A stretch of DNA of 63,681 nucleotides, filler included, from Rhabdomonas costata (taxonomy: Eukaryota): assembly GCA_019059605.1 (NCBI GenBank). It is 25 parts of 25 records of this genome, joined end to end, with 100 filler letters (N's around TTAATTAATTAA, not from the genome) between each part and the next. Parts side by side here need not be neighbours in the genome. Positions count along the whole stretch, not along the records: positions 61,234 to 63,681 come from JAHMHO010003359.1; 24 more parts are not named here. One strand, written 5' to 3'. Below, piece by piece: positions 61,234 through 63,681 of the stretch. Every line of letters starts with the position of its first letter. Positions within the stretch are counted from its first letter, which is position 1. A program made the position numbers and the translations under genes. The notes under the pieces are model-generated. The model saw only the letters and a list, made by a program, of their open reading frames with translations, was not told where the DNA came from and searched no databases.

Positions 61234-62442
61234 ACCTCAAAACGACCACAGCGCCGCCCCCGCCAGGTCGTCTCGTCTTGTCCCCGTGACGCGGTTGCTG
61301 GGGTGATCATTGAGACCAGGAACCATCCCCTGCTTCTGCCGGTGATCCGCAATGTGATGCGGGCGCTCCCCAACGGCAGCCTGCTGCAGATCTTCCACGG
61401 CCCACACAACGCTGCCTTCCTATCTGCTCGGCTTGGCTCCGGATGGCTAGTGCTCTCCAGGGAATCCGGCCTGGCTTTCCCGGTCAGGCTGCACAACCTC
61501 AATGTGACTACGATGGACATTCCGGCTTACAACAGGCTGCTGCTCTCGGAGTGGCTGTGGCGGCAGGCTGCAGCCGAGGAGCTGTTGCTGTTTCAGACGG
61601 ACAGCTGTGTGTGTGGGCGATCTGGGCTCTCCCTGGGGCAGTTCCTGGGGAGGTTCGATTTTTTCGGGGCACCCTTCCGGCTGCGGTGGAAGAGCCATCA
61701 CTTGAACGGCGGGTCTGTCCGCGCTCCGTTTTCTTTGGAAGAAAAATGCGAGTATCAGAGAAGAATGTCGCAATGGCGGGTGATGCACGGAGGAACACAT
61801 CGAACGCCTGGAGGGGGTGTGGTGTGGTATGTCCACAACCCACGGCATGCAGTGCCACATATTTGATTCATAGGGCCTAATTAGACGGAGGTAGACGGAG
61901 TTGACTTCTTTTGGTTTGGGTGACTGGGACCGTGCTTGTGCTGTGTGTGTTTATAATTTAGTTTGATCGCACCTGTTTACCGGTCGTGAAAGCGAGCGGC
62001 GTTTCCTCAGTCTTGCTGCTTGTCGGAATGCCATCATTATTTGCGCACACACGAATACACACCCTGAAGTATTTAGGTGCACGTGGTGGTGCGAGCGGCG
62101 GAGTTTTTGATGTATAAGGACAAGCAGCTAAGTAAATCGCTAACTGCTCTTTCAAGTTTCAGCCTTCGACGAAAGTCCGCCATGCTTCGGGCGGTGCAGC
62201 AGCGGTTCCGCTCCTCCCCTTCCGAGCTGGGCCTGAACGAGGACAAGTGGTTCACCACGGTGGCTGACGGGCGGCTGGGGGTGCTCCGAGCCGCACCCTT
62301 TGGCCTGGCTCGCAAGTTCGCCGTGGAAACGGTGTTCTTCCCCGCTCCATTTGCGGTGCACAAGCCGTGGCGGCTGCACCCTAAGGATCTGGCCAAGCTG
62401 AGGAAGGCGTGCCCCGAGATCCGCTCCATCCTGAGGCACTGA
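61234..62442 (+). CDS. DUF5672-like (glycosyltransferase-like) protein, 3' part, exons ~61234-61712 and 62157-62442
   Basis: Motifs VIIETR.HP, LQIFHG..N, YNRLLLS..LW, LLFQTDS, FDFFGAP, LNGG|FSLRRKS (formed by removing GT-AG intron 61713-62156), NEDKWF, ARKFAVETVF and PFAVHKPW. Confidence 0.85.
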
Positions 62443-63681
62443 GGCGCGCAATAGCGGGAAGTCGAGCAGAGCTGTCGACTGGATTTCAGCAACAGAATTT
62501 TCGGAAACCTTTTCCTCTCTGCAGACGTGTGCGCCTCGATTGCAGGTGCTCCACCCGAAGTTCTGGCATGGGTCCGTGATGCGCGCCATGTATCGAAGGA
62601 TATCGCTCGGGTTGCATTCGAAGCCACAATTATATGTACTCCGCCACTAATGGCGGAGTGACTGGTGCGTTCCGCGGCATCTGTGGTGGTTCGGATGATA
62701 TACTTGCTCAGCCCCCCCTTCCCGCGGATGATAGACGAATTTGCTTTCAAAACGGGTTCCTTAATGCCGTTTCAGTGCTCACCATGCGGTGACTGCGTAC
62801 GTCGCAGACTTGTACTGCAGACTTTGTTAGTGGCCTCTAACTTGTTCGTCATCGGTCGGGAAGCTCGGTTTTCGGGTGCCGAATTCCTTAGTGATACTTG
62901 TGGACTCTATCCTTCTCCACCCACGACATTTTAGGTAGCGTAGGAACAACGGTAACAGTGTTCCCACTATCTCTAAGGAAACCTCACCTGAATGATATCT
63001 TCCTGGTCTGTGGGAAGATGCCCACATATGACTCTAGGCAGGAGTGTACGATGCATGCCGATAACGTTTGGTTTTGGGCAGGTATTTGAATTTGACTTCT
63101 GTGGTGGCTGGTGTTCCTGAACGTTGCAAATTGCGCATGAAAAGTAAGTGCTACTTTCTGATGATGACATGAGTGTAGCTTTCTGATGATCAGGTTGTAT
63201 CGCTCCCTTTGGAGCTTGACGGGGAAGACTTGCTCTAATTCCAGCCAACACCCCCGGCTTTCTTTCTTTCTTTGATTGTCCGACCACTGACGCCTCACTC
63301 CGTTTTTGTTGGAGGAGAGGGATGAATCTCCCCAAGGGCACGACCTTTGAGGAGAGGGTGAAGTTTGTGGACTCGAACGCCACGCTGACTCGCAGGTTTT
63401 GGACGTGACGCGTTCTCTCTCCTTGCCAGTCCTCCGGTCTTCTGGCATTGGACCCTTGGTGCGCCCAAACCTCGAACGGTCTGCATCCAGCCGCTAATAT
63501 GATTGTGCTAAAAGCTTAATGGATTAATTCATCCCAGGTTTCATATTCGTTTGTGGCAAGACCACGTGCACCGTCATGATCTAGCTCTGTGCCCAGCTCA
63601 AATTGGGTGCCATGGGTTTTATTGTTCGATGAATTTCGCAAGCCTTTGTCATGGGAGTGTTTTTTGTTTGCCCTTTTCTTG

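Noticed and set aside
1-63681. Operon-like or defence-island reading of neighbouring genes (helicase, methyltransferase, PARP, cyclase, hydrolase)
   Set aside because: The genes lie on separate unlinked contigs and most contain spliceosomal introns. Their co-occurrence here is arbitrary.
1-63681. tRNA, rRNA, SL RNA or snRNA genes
   Set aside because: None recognised by eye. A covariance-model search would be needed to exclude them.

Overview
This window is not contiguous genome. It is 25 unrelated contigs of about 2,446-2,455 bp, joined by identical 100-bp artificial spacers (N44-TTAATTAATTAA-N44), so nothing can be inferred from adjacency across spacers. Twenty-four contigs look like an intron-rich, moderately GC-rich eukaryote with GT-AG introns (mostly 80-500 bp), at least one well-supported GC-AG intron and a TTAGGG-type repeat. 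A euglenozoan/euglenid protist is my inference, not proven. Contig ends carry G/T-only or C/A-only tails and fold-back hairpins typical of whole-genome amplification. Splicing exons by hand gives fragments of RNA polymerase I largest subunit (catalytic motif NADYDGD instead of NADFDGD), a SnRK/CIPK-like kinase, a PARP6/8-like protein, an F-box/WD40 protein, a Methyltransf_24-like methyltransferase, an alpha/beta hydrolase, a class III adenylate cyclase, a DUF5672-like protein, a Sushi-domain protein built from phase 1-1 exons, a large glycoprotein with tandem beta-sandwich-like units, and several coiled-coil or hypothetical proteins. One intronless 613-aa ORF consists of 13 tandem ~39-aa OPR/HPR-like helical repeats. 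One contig (20429-22880) is completely different: extremely AT-rich, intronless and gene-dense. It encodes an SF2 helicase, a zinc-finger protein and a conserved giant-virus-type protein, with perfect palindromes right after stop codons, which points to a Mimiviridae-like giant virus associated with this host. All family assignments come from motif recognition, with no database searches run.
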